A stretch of DNA of 64,000 bases from contig JAOPTT010000005.1 of the NCBI GenBank assembly GCA_051531975.1, forward strand, positions 391,030 through 455,029, in the 5' to 3' direction. Positions 31,192-41,701 of this stretch are shown one piece after another (the stretch's first letter is position 1; each line of letters starts with the position of its first letter). Origin of the DNA: Spirochaetaceae bacterium. GTDB lineage: Bacteria; Spirochaetota; Spirochaetia; DSM-2461. The position numbers were made by a program, and so were the translations under genes. A model generated the notes under the pieces. That model was not told the origin of the DNA. It was given only the letters and a program-made list of their open reading frames with translations, and did not search any database.

Positions 31192-31974
31192 TCATGCTAT
31201 TAATACCTGAATCGTTAAGTAATATTTTTCTCTTGAAAATAAAAATGTATTAAAAACATCTTCAATAGTAATAATCTCCCCTTTAATTGTTAATCCTCTT
31301 TCTGCGGCTTCATTTTTTAATTTAGTTATGCTATTTATAATATCTATATTTTCTGAAACTAGGGATGTATTGGAAAGATATGTGCCAGCCGGAATAGTTA
31401 AAGTTGGTAGATCCTTTAATTTATGTTTTTTATCTTTATTATGGGTTCCAAGCCATATTTGGTTATTATCCTTATGTATTGTATATAGATCATGGGTATA
31501 CTCAAAAAGATTTAACTGATATTTTTCATATAGATCGTATAACTCTTTTATCGACGGGAATTTATTTGCTATTTTTGATAGTATATATACCTTTCTACTC
31601 TTATAGGATTTAATGATAAACTCTTGATTTTGTATTTTTAGAAACTCTTTTAAACTACTTTCCATTATTTTCTTTTTCTGAGATAACTGTTTTATTTCCA
31701 TAGATAAATTCTTAATTGATGTGTTAATGAGTTCTTCATATTTATATCCCTCAGATCTGAAGAGCCTTTCCTTTATCATCACTAGAGGTAGATCTAACCC
31801 TTTTAACTGGTTGATTGCAACAAGTTGTAACATCTCTTCAAAATTATAGAGACGATAATTGTTTCCTTCTAATCGAGTAGGTGTAATAAGACCTTCTGCT
31901 TCATAAAATCGGATCTGGGATTTAGACATATCCATCATTTCCGCCATTTCACCAATGGTTAATAATGTTCTCAT
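31192..31974 (-). CDS. MerR-family regulator (BltR/BmrR-like C-terminal domain)
   Basis: TIGEMAEM, IRFYEAEGLITP, NNYRLY, TIPAGTYL. Confidence 0.92.
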   Translation of the reverse strand: MRTLLTIGEMAEMMDMSKSQIRFYEAEGLITPTRLEGNNYRLYNFEEMLQLVAINQLKGLDLPLVMIKERLFRSEGYKYEELINTSIKNLSMEIKQLSQKKKIMESSLKEFLKIQNQEFIIKSYKSRKVYILSKIANKFPSIKELYDLYEKYQLNLFEYTHDLYTIHKDNNQIWLGTHNKDKKHKLKDLPTLTIPAGTYLSNTSLVSENIDIINSITKLKNEAAERGLTIKGEIITIEDVFNTFLFSREKYYLTIQVLIA

Positions 31975-31984
31975 TTGTAAATCC

Positions 31985-32015
31985 TTGACATTAAAGTTAC
32001 TTGAAGGTTTATCAT
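31985..32015 (+). promoter_or_regulatory. MerR-type promoter (19-bp spacer) for MATE gene
   Basis: TTGACA-19-TATCAT with dyad TTAAAGT-t-ACTTGAA in the spacer. Confidence 0.8.
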
Positions 32016-32021
32016 AACATT

Positions 32022-33392
32022 ATGAAACAAAGTAGACAATTAGATTTAGGGGTAACACCTATTAAGAAGGTGTTCTGGTCATATGCCATTCCATCTATTT
32101 TAGCGATGATAGCACAAAATACAGCAACATTGGTGGACTCCATTTTTATAGGTAGATTTGTAGGGCCTGAAGGATTATCAGCAGTCAGTCTATTTTTCCC
32201 TGCTGTTGGAATATTAATTGCTATAGGAGCTATGATCGCGATAGGTGCAACATCTTTAGCTGGTATCGATCTAGGTGCAGGTAGGATTGAAAAGAGTAAT
32301 AATATATTTAATGTAACTGTTGTCAGTTTAACAGGAATTGGTCTGCTTTCTGCAATAATACTCTTTAATATAATGAAATTTGTACCTGGCTTAGTTGGAG
32401 CTACAGGTTTAACTGCCAAATACTTAATTGATTATGGATTACAACTAAGTGGATTTTTTCCATTTTTTCTTCTTAACTTCGCTTTTATGTTCTTCTTAAA
32501 ACTAGATGGAAAACCTCATTATATGATTATATCTAGTATTTGCAGCACACTGATTAATATAACTTTAGACTATCTGTTTATTGTTAAATTTGGGTGGCTT
32601 TTAAGGGGAGCAGCTCTTGCTACAGGACTATCTCAGATAATTCCATGGATCATTTTATTTAGTGCAATAATAATAAAATCCAGATGGAAACTTGCTAGGC
32701 CTCATTTCCATTTTTTAGAAATTAAAAATATTATATTTAATGGCTCATCTGAGTTTTTAAGTAATATCGCTTACTCTCTCGCAGGTATGATTTTTAATAT
32801 AATGATTCTTAAAAAAATAGGTGTAATGGGAGTGGCTGCATATGCTGTAGCACTACAGGTGGCTAACCTTGTTGGCTCTATAGCCTACGGATTTGGAGAG
32901 TCAAACCAAGCTGGGGTTAGTTATAATTATGGTGCAAAATTATTTAACAGAGTAGATGGCTTTAGGAAACAAACAATGCTTGTAACCTTTATTACGGGGT
33001 TAATATTAGCAGTAATATCTTTCTGGAAAGGGGAGTTCATCAGTTCACTATTTGTTACAGACCTAGAGACTATAAAAATGGCAACTTACATCTTAAAATT
33101 TTATTCATTTGCATTTATCTTCACAGGTTTAAATATTGCTATTGGAACATATTATACGGCAATTAACGATCCGGTAAGATCCGGAGGCATTACTCTATAC
33201 AGGAGTTTTATAGGATTAATAATAGGGTTAGTGCTGTTTATTTGGTTATTTGGCAATAATGGTTTATGGATGGCAATTATCTTTTCAGAAGTAAGCAGCT
33301 TTATTATAGGTATAATAATGCTTAAAAAGAGTCCTCATGGAAACCCAATCAAAGAAACTGGTTTACAGATTCCGGTTTCCGTATTATCATAA
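32022..33392 (+). CDS. MATE-family efflux transporter (start reassigned to ATG 32022)
   Basis: VDSIFIGRFVG, NITLDYLF, GAALATGLSQ; the track start 32001 lies inside the promoter. Confidence 0.93.
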   Translation: MKQSRQLDLGVTPIKKVFWSYAIPSILAMIAQNTATLVDSIFIGRFVGPEGLSAVSLFFPAVGILIAIGAMIAIGATSLAGIDLGAGRIEKSNNIFNVTVVSLTGIGLLSAIILFNIMKFVPGLVGATGLTAKYLIDYGLQLSGFFPFFLLNFAFMFFLKLDGKPHYMIISSICSTLINITLDYLFIVKFGWLLRGAALATGLSQIIPWIILFSAIIIKSRWKLARPHFHFLEIKNIIFNGSSEFLSNIAYSLAGMIFNIMILKKIGVMGVAAYAVALQVANLVGSIAYGFGESNQAGVSYNYGAKLFNRVDGFRKQTMLVTFITGLILAVISFWKGEFISSLFVTDLETIKMATYILKFYSFAFIFTGLNIAIGTYYTAINDPVRSGGITLYRSFIGLIIGLVLFIWLFGNNGLWMAIIFSEVSSFIIGIIMLKKSPHGNPIKETGLQIPVSVLS

Positions 33393-33468
33393 ATTATCAA
33401 AAGATGACCACCACTGATTATATATTGATCAAAGTATGTGGAAGTTAGAAATTAGCAGGGTAATAAAT

Positions 33469-34014
33469 ATGGATGTTAGAGATAAAAAATTAGTTGATGT
33501 AGTTTTAGAACTGTTCATGGATAATGGTGCTAAATTTAAGATGGAGGATGTGGCCTCCCAGATGGGGATAAGCAAAAAAACCATCTACAAGGAATATGGT
33601 AACAAAGAAGACTTAATTATCCTGGTTGTAAGTGCTATTTTTGAGGGCATAGAAAGTCAGCTACAAAAGATTCTTGAATCAAAAAAATATAACACTCTCC
33701 AGAAGCTTATTCATATAACCTGTACATTCCCAGATACAAAATTTGTCGATTACCATAAGGCTCTGATGCTGAAAGATGATTTCCCTAAACCCTATGCTAT
33801 GTTTATCAGCTATATCGAGGATAACTGGACCCTTTCGAAGCAGCTCTTTGATCAGTGCATCAAGGAAGGGCTGATAAAACCAATTGATCACGGACTATAC
33901 CGTACCATGATCCTGGGAATCACAAAGCAGGTTCTTGTAATGAAAGATATCGATCAGGAAGAGCTTCTTGGTAGATGTGTGCGCCAGTTATTTGAGGGGT
34001 TCATTGTTTCGTAG
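33469..34014 (+). CDS. TetR/AcrR-family regulator (start probably 33469)
   Basis: FKMEDVASQMGISKKTIYKEYGNKEDL. Confidence 0.9.
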   Translation: MDVRDKKLVDVVLELFMDNGAKFKMEDVASQMGISKKTIYKEYGNKEDLIILVVSAIFEGIESQLQKILESKKYNTLQKLIHITCTFPDTKFVDYHKALMLKDDFPKPYAMFISYIEDNWTLSKQLFDQCIKEGLIKPIDHGLYRTMILGITKQVLVMKDIDQEELLGRCVRQLFEGFIVS

Positions 34015-34083
34015 ACTGAGATTTAACATAAACTTAGTCACATTCATTAAAAAACCTATAAACACAATTAAGGAGAAACTTTT

Positions 34084-35604
34084 ATGAATAAAAAGAATAC
34101 AAACCTGATGAGAATTATTGCCTATGTAGTGATTCTACTACCGATTATTATGTTCCTATTGCTTGTAATTGGAAACCAATGGCTCTGGCCGGATATGAAT
34201 AAAATTGTAGGCGAAGCAGTAGGTATTCAGGTGAACTGGATTCTGATAATCCTAGCTCTGATCTCTTTGGGTGGAATATATCTGCTGACTCTTTTATATA
34301 AAGTTATAGATTTTAACAGGAAAGGAATTATTAGACCTGTAAGGATTATACGTTTGATAATTCCAGTTCTCACAGCCCTGACATCAGTGGCTCTTTCCAT
34401 GGTAATATTCGACGAGGCTGGGTCTTTGCTTTTCAGCAAACCTGTTAAGGATTACACTCTACCTCCCGTATTGCAATTGGCAGATGGAACGACCGTGGAG
34501 GATATCGCTGTTTGGGATGAAATCCGTAGAGATGAGATTATCAGTCTCTTTAATGAATATGTATATGGTCCCGTTCCTGGGAAACCAGAGAATATGAGGT
34601 TTGAAATACTTGATATCAAGCAAGATGCACTTGATGGAAAAGCTATTCGAAAGAATATTCGGGTATATTTCACTCCCGCTGAGACTGGGCCTTACATGGA
34701 TCTCCTCATTTATCTACCAAAAAATACAACAGGACCAACCCCACTTTTCCTTGGGATGAATTTCTATGGTAATCACACCACAACACTAGAAACAGATATT
34801 CCTCTTTCAAAAGTCTGGGTACGTAACAAATCAAAGTACGGAATCAGACAAAACCTAGCAACGGAAGAAAGCAGGTCTGTCCGTGCAAACCGCTGGCCGG
34901 TATCAACTCTCATTGGGAAGGGATATGGCTTAGCAACTGTTTATTATGGAGATCTAGACCCTGATTTTGATGACGGATTTACTAATGGTATACACCCTCT
35001 TTTTGATGTGGAAACAGGGGCTATCAGCGCCTGGGCCTGGGGCCTTAGTAGAGCCATGGATTATTTCATGACCGACAGTGATATCGATGGGGAAATGGTA
35101 GCCCTTATGGGACATTCTCGACTTGGAAAAGCAGCTCTCTGGGCTGGTGCAAACGATCCACGTTTTGCCATGGTTATCGCAAATGAATCAGGCAGTATTG
35201 GGGCGGCTATCTCCAGGAGAAAGTATGGAGAGGACGTAGAGTATATAACTTCTACCTTCCCCCATTGGTTTATTCCCAGACTTCGGGATTTTGCTAACCG
35301 GGAAGAAGATTTGCCAGTAGACCAACACATGCTGCTCTCCCTAATTGCCCCTCGTCCACTTTATGTGGCCAGTGCGGCGAATGACAGATGGTCCGATCCA
35401 GAAGGGGAGTTCCTAGGACTGCTTAATACCCGAGAGGTTTATGAACTTTACGGTCTGAAACCTACCACCACGGATGAAATACCTGGAATAGAAAAACCAG
35501 TGGTGAATATAACAGGTTACCACATCAGGGAAGGCATCCATGATGTTACAGATTATGACTGGGAACAGTTTCTAAACTTTGCAGATATATACCTTAGTAG
35601 ATAA
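34084..35604 (+). CDS. CE15 glucuronoyl-esterase-like hydrolase with three N-terminal TM helices
   Basis: GAISAWAWGLSRAMDY, GHSRLGKAALW, LPVDQHMLLSLIAPRP, DRWSDPEGE, GIHDVT. Confidence 0.85.
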   Translation: MNKKNTNLMRIIAYVVILLPIIMFLLLVIGNQWLWPDMNKIVGEAVGIQVNWILIILALISLGGIYLLTLLYKVIDFNRKGIIRPVRIIRLIIPVLTALTSVALSMVIFDEAGSLLFSKPVKDYTLPPVLQLADGTTVEDIAVWDEIRRDEIISLFNEYVYGPVPGKPENMRFEILDIKQDALDGKAIRKNIRVYFTPAETGPYMDLLIYLPKNTTGPTPLFLGMNFYGNHTTTLETDIPLSKVWVRNKSKYGIRQNLATEESRSVRANRWPVSTLIGKGYGLATVYYGDLDPDFDDGFTNGIHPLFDVETGAISAWAWGLSRAMDYFMTDSDIDGEMVALMGHSRLGKAALWAGANDPRFAMVIANESGSIGAAISRRKYGEDVEYITSTFPHWFIPRLRDFANREEDLPVDQHMLLSLIAPRPLYVASAANDRWSDPEGEFLGLLNTREVYELYGLKPTTTDEIPGIEKPVVNITGYHIREGIHDVTDYDWEQFLNFADIYLSR

Positions 35605-35626
35605 CCCAGTATTAATAAGTGTGATA

Positions 35627-35986
35627 TTACTCTGATATATTATTCAAAAACTGGGCAGTTATATTAACACATCCTTCACAAGATAGAACCTTTTTCTTAA
35701 GAATTTCTTTGCAGTTTAAAGATCCTGCTTCTTCTTTGAAAGTTTCTTGGAAACTTCCTAATACCTCAGGACGTGCTTTTTCAAGAAGATATTCGGCTGC
35801 ATAATAGGCTCCACATACTTTTCCTGGAGCTCTGCCATGACCATATTTTTTGAATTGTTTCAGATCTTTGTCACTCATTGGGGATATGTCATGATGAAAT
35901 ATATGTGAAATAGCTTCTGCACAGTTTAAACGCTTTTTTTTAGCTGAACCTACAAAAAGTTCTATGGAGTTTTTTATTTTTTTCAT
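35627..35986 (-). CDS. C-GCAxxG-C-C family putative redox protein (start reassigned to 35986)
   Basis: NCAEAI, VCGAYYA, GSLNCKEI, CEGCV; SD AAGGA. Confidence 0.75.
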   Translation of the reverse strand: MKKIKNSIELFVGSAKKKRLNCAEAISHIFHHDISPMSDKDLKQFKKYGHGRAPGKVCGAYYAAEYLLEKARPEVLGSFQETFKEEAGSLNCKEILKKKVLSCEGCVNITAQFLNNISE

Positions 35987-36071
35987 TATTGTCCTTAGAC
36001 GGTAGTATACAACAACATGTAGAAAACGCAACTGGAATTAGCATCATATCTGATGTATTGGAGTTATAAAA

Positions 36072-36087
36072 ATTCCCCGTAGGGAAT
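36072..36087 (-). terminator. Short terminator hairpin
   Basis: ATTCCC/GGGAAT stem followed by a T-run on the minus strand. Confidence 0.45.
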
Positions 36088-36101
36088 ATCTAAATAAATA
36101 T

Positions 36102-36545
36102 TTATTTTAGTAATTCTAGTAACTTATCATACCGCTGGCGATTTAATCCAATATCGGAATAACCAACTCTTGAAGCTGAACGGAAATGTATAAGAGCTAC
36201 TTCTTCATCAAAATAGAACTCAATATCATCGTTGTATTTCATTTTACTAGTCGTATTAACAGCATGAATATAATTTGACTCATCTTTTACTATACTGATA
36301 TTTCCATAAACCTCTAGGGCCTTTTTAATCCACTCTTTTGATTGGTTTAAGTCTCCCTTAAATGGGATAGGATCTACCTTTTTTTCAGGATCATCACTTT
36401 GGGAGGATACTGCATTAGGGGATTTAGGCATAGGAGCTAGTTTCCCATCATTAACACCTAGATCAGCTGGAACCTTGTTGTTTTTTACTACCATAAATAG
36501 AGCCATAAGTACAATTATGACTACTATAACTATTAATACTTTCAT
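36102..36545 (-). CDS. DUF1499-family protein
   Basis: PKSPNAVSSQ, YNDDIEF, IHFRSASRVGYSDIGLNRQR. Confidence 0.88.
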   Translation of the reverse strand: MKVLIVIVVIIVLMALFMVVKNNKVPADLGVNDGKLAPMPKSPNAVSSQSDDPEKKVDPIPFKGDLNQSKEWIKKALEVYGNISIVKDESNYIHAVNTTSKMKYNDDIEFYFDEEVALIHFRSASRVGYSDIGLNRQRYDKLLELLK

Positions 36546-37006
36546 CTAAAAACCTCTTTTTTCTGATTATTTTCTGCTTTATCAAGTATATCCCCTAGTT
36601 CATCCAGGAGACTTACAAATTTAATATACTGTTCCTTATTCATATTTATATAATCCATAAGAACTTCAGGAACATTTAAGGCTTTTTTCTTAAGCATTTT
36701 GCCATCACTTGTTATTTTTACCCAGATTCGTCTGTTATCTTCAGGATTTTTAACTCTGAAAAGATAACCAAGTGATTCGAGACGTTTTACAATTGGGGTT
36801 AAAGTCCCGGTTTTAAGATCCAAACGTTTTCCAAGTTCTTTAAAATCAATCTTTTCTTCCTCCCACATAACCATCATGGTTACATATTGGGGATAAGTTA
36901 TATCCAGGGATGCCAATATAGGCTGGTAAATTCTGGTCATTGTCCGGGATGTTTTATACAGACGGAAACAGATCTGTTTATCTAACATTAGTGCGCCTTC
37001 AATCAT
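36542..37006 (-). CDS. MarR-family regulator (OhrR-like)
   Basis: LDKQICFRLY with the N-terminal Cys, ITYPQY, GTLTPIVKRLE. Confidence 0.9.
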   Translation of the reverse strand: MIEGALMLDKQICFRLYKTSRTMTRIYQPILASLDITYPQYVTMMVMWEEEKIDFKELGKRLDLKTGTLTPIVKRLESLGYLFRVKNPEDNRRIWVKITSDGKMLKKKALNVPEVLMDYINMNKEQYIKFVSLLDELGDILDKAENNQKKEVFR

Positions 37007-37014
37007 ATCTACTC

Positions 37015-38403
37015 CTACTTCCTAAACAATTTAACTATTGGATTATTAAGGATATTATCTATCATTACACTTTTACCTATTTTGGAGAAAACATCACTAT
37101 AAGTAGGGTAGGGATGTATTACAGATGCCATTTTTGAAAAATTGATACCTCTAGTTTTTAGAAGCTGAACTTCTCCTATCATTTCACCTGCTCGGTCTGC
37201 TAATATAGAAACACCAAGGACTTTACCTTTTTTATCAAGAATAACCTTGATTTTCTCTATAGTCTCACCTCCGGTCATAGCACGGTCAAGTTGATTAAAG
37301 TCATAGTCATATATTCGTATGGAATCACCATGGGACTTTCTGGCTTCATTTTCTGTTTTACCAGCTCTTGCAAGTTCAGGTTCTGTAAAAGTCACCCATG
37401 CTACATGGTCATAGTTTATTTTACGGTTAATTGGCAAAATCGCATTCTGAGTAGCCAATATACCTTGTACATTGGCCATATGTGAAAACTGGTATGGCCC
37501 TACAACATCACCAATAGCATAGATCTTTTTAGATGTAGTCCTCATAGAAGTATTAACCTCTATTCCTTCTCTGTTATATTTAATTCCGGCATTATCTAGA
37601 CCTAATCTGTCTATATTTGGTTTTCGTCCAATAGCAACAAGAAGAGAATTTGCTTCAACAATCTGCTCGGAACCATCTTTTTCATATTTAAGTGAAATTT
37701 TATCTCCAGATTTTGAAATCTTATTTGCTTTAGCACCTAAATGAAGTTTTATACCTTCACTGGATAGTTGTTTTTCTATGGAAAGAGAGAATTCCTTCTC
37801 TTCTCTGAATATTAGAACAGGCTTCATTTCTACTAGTTGAACATCTGTTCCTAGTCGCCTTATAGCCTGAGCCAACTCAATTCCTATTGGTCCTCCACCT
37901 AAAATTATTAGGCTTTTTGGAAGTCTCTCTAGTTCAAAAATATTTTCATTTGTAAGATATGGAACTGAATCTAACCCTTCAATAGCAGGAACGAATGCTG
38001 ATGAACCTGTGGATATTATATATTTTTTACCTTTTATCTCTTTGTCTCCAACTACTAGTGTTGTTGGATCTTTAAAGCTTGCCTCACCCTGAAGATACTC
38101 AATTCCGGATTTTGTTAGTGCCTCTGGTGTTTCATGGGAATAGATGTTTTTCCTAACAGCATGAACATGATCCAGAGCATTTTTACTATCATAGGAATAA
38201 TCTTTTATCTCTTTTCTAATAGTATGTATTTTTTTTGCCTCGTGTATCAGTGCTTTACTAGGAATGCAGCCTGACCATGTACACTCTCCACCAGGTCTGT
38301 TTTTATCAATTAACAGAACCTTTTTCCCAAAACCCGCTGCAGTAACAGCTGAAGTAATACCTCCGGAACCGGCACCAATAACAACAACATCATATAAATC
38401 CAT
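37015..38403 (-). CDS. FAD-dependent pyridine nucleotide-disulfide oxidoreductase (LpdA/MerA-like family)
   Basis: GAGSGG, GGECTWSGCIPSK, GGGPIGIE, HPYPT; no MerA C-terminal Cys pair. Confidence 0.9.
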   Translation of the reverse strand: MDLYDVVVIGAGSGGITSAVTAAGFGKKVLLIDKNRPGGECTWSGCIPSKALIHEAKKIHTIRKEIKDYSYDSKNALDHVHAVRKNIYSHETPEALTKSGIEYLQGEASFKDPTTLVVGDKEIKGKKYIISTGSSAFVPAIEGLDSVPYLTNENIFELERLPKSLIILGGGPIGIELAQAIRRLGTDVQLVEMKPVLIFREEKEFSLSIEKQLSSEGIKLHLGAKANKISKSGDKISLKYEKDGSEQIVEANSLLVAIGRKPNIDRLGLDNAGIKYNREGIEVNTSMRTTSKKIYAIGDVVGPYQFSHMANVQGILATQNAILPINRKINYDHVAWVTFTEPELARAGKTENEARKSHGDSIRIYDYDFNQLDRAMTGGETIEKIKVILDKKGKVLGVSILADRAGEMIGEVQLLKTRGINFSKMASVIHPYPTYSDVFSKIGKSVMIDNILNNPIVKLFRK

Positions 38404-38415
38404 TATTTTTATCCT

Positions 38416-38459
38416 TACAATTTTAATTGATCGCGCTAGATCAATCGTCTAAGATCAAT
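38416..38459. promoter_or_regulatory. Probable MarR/OhrR-type operator array
   Basis: TACAATT-tt-AATTGA, dyad ATTGATC-N6-GATCAAT (38426-38445), AGATCAAT repeated at 14-bp period. Confidence 0.5.
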
Positions 38460-38554
38460 ATATCTTGGAAATTTTTTATTGTCAATATGATTTATAACTA
38501 ATAATAACCATTATTACAGTTGTTAAGGGAATAATAGTATCTTACACTTAAATT

Positions 38555-40657
38555 ATGAAGAAAATTAAAAGAGGCATAGACCTAAGAAGAAAAATATCAT
38601 TTACCTTTTTATTATCCGTAATTATGTTCTTTATTGTTACTACCATACTTGTTTTTACTATAGTAGGTGTAGATTCAACGTATAAAAGTTTTATACGTAC
38701 AATTATAGAAAAGGATTCAGTTATTGCAGAAATCAACATTGCAATGCTTGAATCTAGAAGATCAGAAAAGGATTTTCTACTACGACTGGATACTAAATAT
38801 TCTGATAGGGTAGATACGAGTGTTGATTCAATTTTGGAATTGATAACAACTCTTAAGTCACTAAATACAGATATATATAATTTAGTAAAAGATGATGAAA
38901 TATATAATAAATCAAAAGAGAGTGCAGATAATTTATTTAAATATATAACAGAGTACAGAAAATATTTTACTAGTGTAAAAGATCTAACCATAGAGAGGGG
39001 ACTGGACCAGGATAGTAATATTAGAGGATCTTTTAGGGCTGCTGCCCACGATCTAGAAGGTATGATAGAAAGAATAAAGTCTCAGGATTCAATGGTTACT
39101 TATCTGCTAATTCGAAGAAATGAAAAAGATTACATTATTAGAGGGCTTTCAAAATATACAGATACAATTGCCTCCCTGATACAAAGACTATCACAAGAGA
39201 TTAAAATAGGTAGCACAGGTGATGTTACAGACGAATTAAATAGTTTATCTATCTACTATGAAGATTTATTAAAACTAGTAGAAATAGATATTAAAATTGC
39301 GAATGACATAGAAATGTTAAGAGAAGCTGTGCATCAAATTGAACCAATTATATTGGAAGAGGAAGAAGATATACATCACCTTCTTGATAATGAAGGAAAT
39401 AAACTTGATAAAAGTATACTTTCATATATTTTAACTGGAGTAATACTCTCTATTATCATGATTACACTAAATATTGTATTAGCTTTTATTATAATTAAAT
39501 CAATTTCAAATCCTATAAATATAATAAGCCGCGATACTAGTGGTTTAGAAGAGGGTGATCTAACAACAAAAATAACATATGATAAAAAAGATGAACTTGG
39601 TCAAATTTCAAATATTATAAACATGGCTATAAGTTCCTTTAGAACACTTATAACAACAGCACAAAACTCATCACAAAAAAGTATTGAGTTAACTTCTGAA
39701 ATATCTTTTTCTGCTAACCAGACTGCGGCATCCACAACTGAGATTACAGCAAATATAACATCAATTAATACTAAAACTCTCAGCTTAGAGAATCTTATCT
39801 CTAGTTCAGCGGAAAATACATCTCATATTAGAGATCTTACTAACGATTTTTATCAGCTTATACAAAATCAGGCTTCATCAGTTGAACAGTCAACAAGTGC
39901 AGTCGAGGAGATTACATCTACAATTAATAATGTTTCCCAGGTTGCAAGAGATAAAAGTGAACTTGCAAAAACTTTAAAACAGGTAACAGAAGAAGGGGAG
40001 AGGCAGATAAACTCAACTAATCAATTAATAAATGAGGTTTCATCTTTGGCAAAAGATATTATTAGTGTAACTGAAATCATAAATAATATTGCATCACAAA
40101 CTAATTTATTGGCTATGAATGCGGCAATTGAAGCAGCCCATGCAGGAGATGCAGGTAAAGGGTTTGCTGTTGTTGCAGACGAAATAAGAAAGCTTGCAAT
40201 TTCTTCAGCAGATAATGCTAGTAAGATTAATAGTTTATTAACTGAAGTTGATAAGAGAGTCTTCTCCGCATCGGAAGCTTCAGGCCACTCGATAAAATCA
40301 TTTATGAGTATTAAAGATGAAGTATCAAGTTTTATTCATGCACTTTCAGATATTGTACTATCTATGGATGAAATGTCCCAGGGTTCAAAAGAGGTCCTAG
40401 ATTCATCAATATTCCTTTCTAATTCTATGTCTGAGATATCAAATAAGACAGATACTATTGTAGAGAATGTAAATGAAGTATCAGAATCAATGACTCAAAT
40501 TGGTAATCTGACCAGTGAAACAGTAAGTGGTATAAATGAGATAAACACAGCAATTAAGGATATAGATACTACAGTTTTAGATCTGAATGATAAATGTCTA
40601 ATAAACCAGGATGTTATGAAAGAACTAGATACCAGTATTAATAAGTTTAAAATCTAG
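38555..40657 (+). CDS. Methyl-accepting chemotaxis protein (helical periplasmic sensor, HAMP)
   Basis: Two TM, RRSEKDF/RRNEKDY repeats, [40 protein letters not shown]. Confidence 0.95.
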   Translation: MKKIKRGIDLRRKISFTFLLSVIMFFIVTTILVFTIVGVDSTYKSFIRTIIEKDSVIAEINIAMLESRRSEKDFLLRLDTKYSDRVDTSVDSILELITTLKSLNTDIYNLVKDDEIYNKSKESADNLFKYITEYRKYFTSVKDLTIERGLDQDSNIRGSFRAAAHDLEGMIERIKSQDSMVTYLLIRRNEKDYIIRGLSKYTDTIASLIQRLSQEIKIGSTGDVTDELNSLSIYYEDLLKLVEIDIKIANDIEMLREAVHQIEPIILEEEEDIHHLLDNEGNKLDKSILSYILTGVILSIIMITLNIVLAFIIIKSISNPINIISRDTSGLEEGDLTTKITYDKKDELGQISNIINMAISSFRTLITTAQNSSQKSIELTSEISFSANQTAASTTEITANITSINTKTLSLENLISSSAENTSHIRDLTNDFYQLIQNQASSVEQSTSAVEEITSTINNVSQVARDKSELAKTLKQVTEEGERQINSTNQLINEVSSLAKDIISVTEIINNIASQTNLLAMNAAIEAAHAGDAGKGFAVVADEIRKLAISSADNASKINSLLTEVDKRVFSASEASGHSIKSFMSIKDEVSSFIHALSDIVLSMDEMSQGSKEVLDSSIFLSNSMSEISNKTDTIVENVNEVSESMTQIGNLTSETVSGINEINTAIKDIDTTVLDLNDKCLINQDVMKELDTSINKFKI

Positions 40658-40671
40658 TTTGGAGTAATTCA

Positions 40672-41037
40672 ATGAAAAATAGTGTTCAATGGTTTGAAAT
40701 ACCAACAATAGATCTTGATAGAGCCAAATCTTTTTATTCAAAAGTTTTTGATTTAGAATTTCAGTTTATAGAAATGTCTACTTCCCAAATGTATATGTTT
40801 GGTAATCCTGAGGAACCTGGATCATGTGGAGCTTTAATTTCTTCAAAAAATACCAAACCTAGTACAAATGGGGTAGTGATCTATTTTACTTGTAAAGATA
40901 TCAATGAAAAATTAGATCTAATAAAACAAAACAGTGGGACTATTATTACTCCAAAAACAGATATTGGAGAATTTGGTGCATTTGCTCATGTCAACGATTC
41001 GGAAGGTAACAGGATAGGATTACACTCAGAAAATTAA
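40672..41037 (+). CDS. VOC/glyoxalase family protein
   Basis: WFEIPTIDLDRAKSFY, DSEGNRIGLH. Confidence 0.92.
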   Translation: MKNSVQWFEIPTIDLDRAKSFYSKVFDLEFQFIEMSTSQMYMFGNPEEPGSCGALISSKNTKPSTNGVVIYFTCKDINEKLDLIKQNSGTIITPKTDIGEFGAFAHVNDSEGNRIGLHSEN

Positions 41038-41089
41038 AAATATGTTGCGTGAAATCTTCAACAATATTAAAAAACTTGTTAGTCATAGA

Positions 41090-41138
41090 TTGACAAAGAA
41101 CTTTTGATAGTACTATAGTTGTACATACAATAGTTGTA
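41090..41138 (+). promoter_or_regulatory. Promoter and probable MarR operator
   Basis: TTGACA-18-TATAGT; palindrome TTGTA-ca-TACAA (41119-41130); ATAGTTGTA repeated. Confidence 0.6.
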
Positions 41139-41155
41139 TTATCAGGAGATATAAA

Positions 41156-41701
41156 ATGAATGATTTAATTTATATAGGTGCTAGTAATAGTAAAAAATCG
41201 ATTAATAGAGAGTTTGCAAAATATACTGCAAATAAAATCACAGGTTTAAATACCACTGAACTCAATCTGAATGATTATGAGGTTGCAATATATAGTGTTG
41301 ATAGAGAAGAAGAGGGTGGAATCCCGGAAAAAATTAAAAACTTTATGCAAAAAATAGATGAGTCTAATGGATTGGTTATTTCATTGGCTGAACATAATGG
41401 AAATTATACTGTTGCATTTAAAAATATATTAGACTGGGCATCAAGAGCTGATAGGAATGTATGGAAAAATAAACCAATTTTTTTACTATCAACATCACCT
41501 GGTTCAAGTGGTGGGGGAAATGTATTAAATTTAGCAAAAGCAAGTTTCCCACATATGAATGGGATAGTAGAAGCTACTTTTAAGCTACCTTCATTTTATG
41601 ATAATTTTTCAAATGAAATAGGAATTAAAGATAATCTACTAGAAAAAATATTCCAGAAAGAGTTTGATAAATTCAGGAGTGTATTAGAGGCTCAGTTATG
41701 A
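41156..41701 (+). CDS. NADPH-dependent FMN reductase
   Basis: GASNSKKSIN, AEHNGNYTVAFKNILDW, STSPG. Confidence 0.9.
   Translation: MNDLIYIGASNSKKSINREFAKYTANKITGLNTTELNLNDYEVAIYSVDREEEGGIPEKIKNFMQKIDESNGLVISLAEHNGNYTVAFKNILDWASRADRNVWKNKPIFLLSTSPGSSGGGNVLNLAKASFPHMNGIVEATFKLPSFYDNFSNEIGIKDNLLEKIFQKEFDKFRSVLEAQL

Noticed and set aside
37015..38403. Mercuric reductase call
   Set aside because: Lacks the C-terminal Cys-Cys pair, the NmerA domain and any mer genes.
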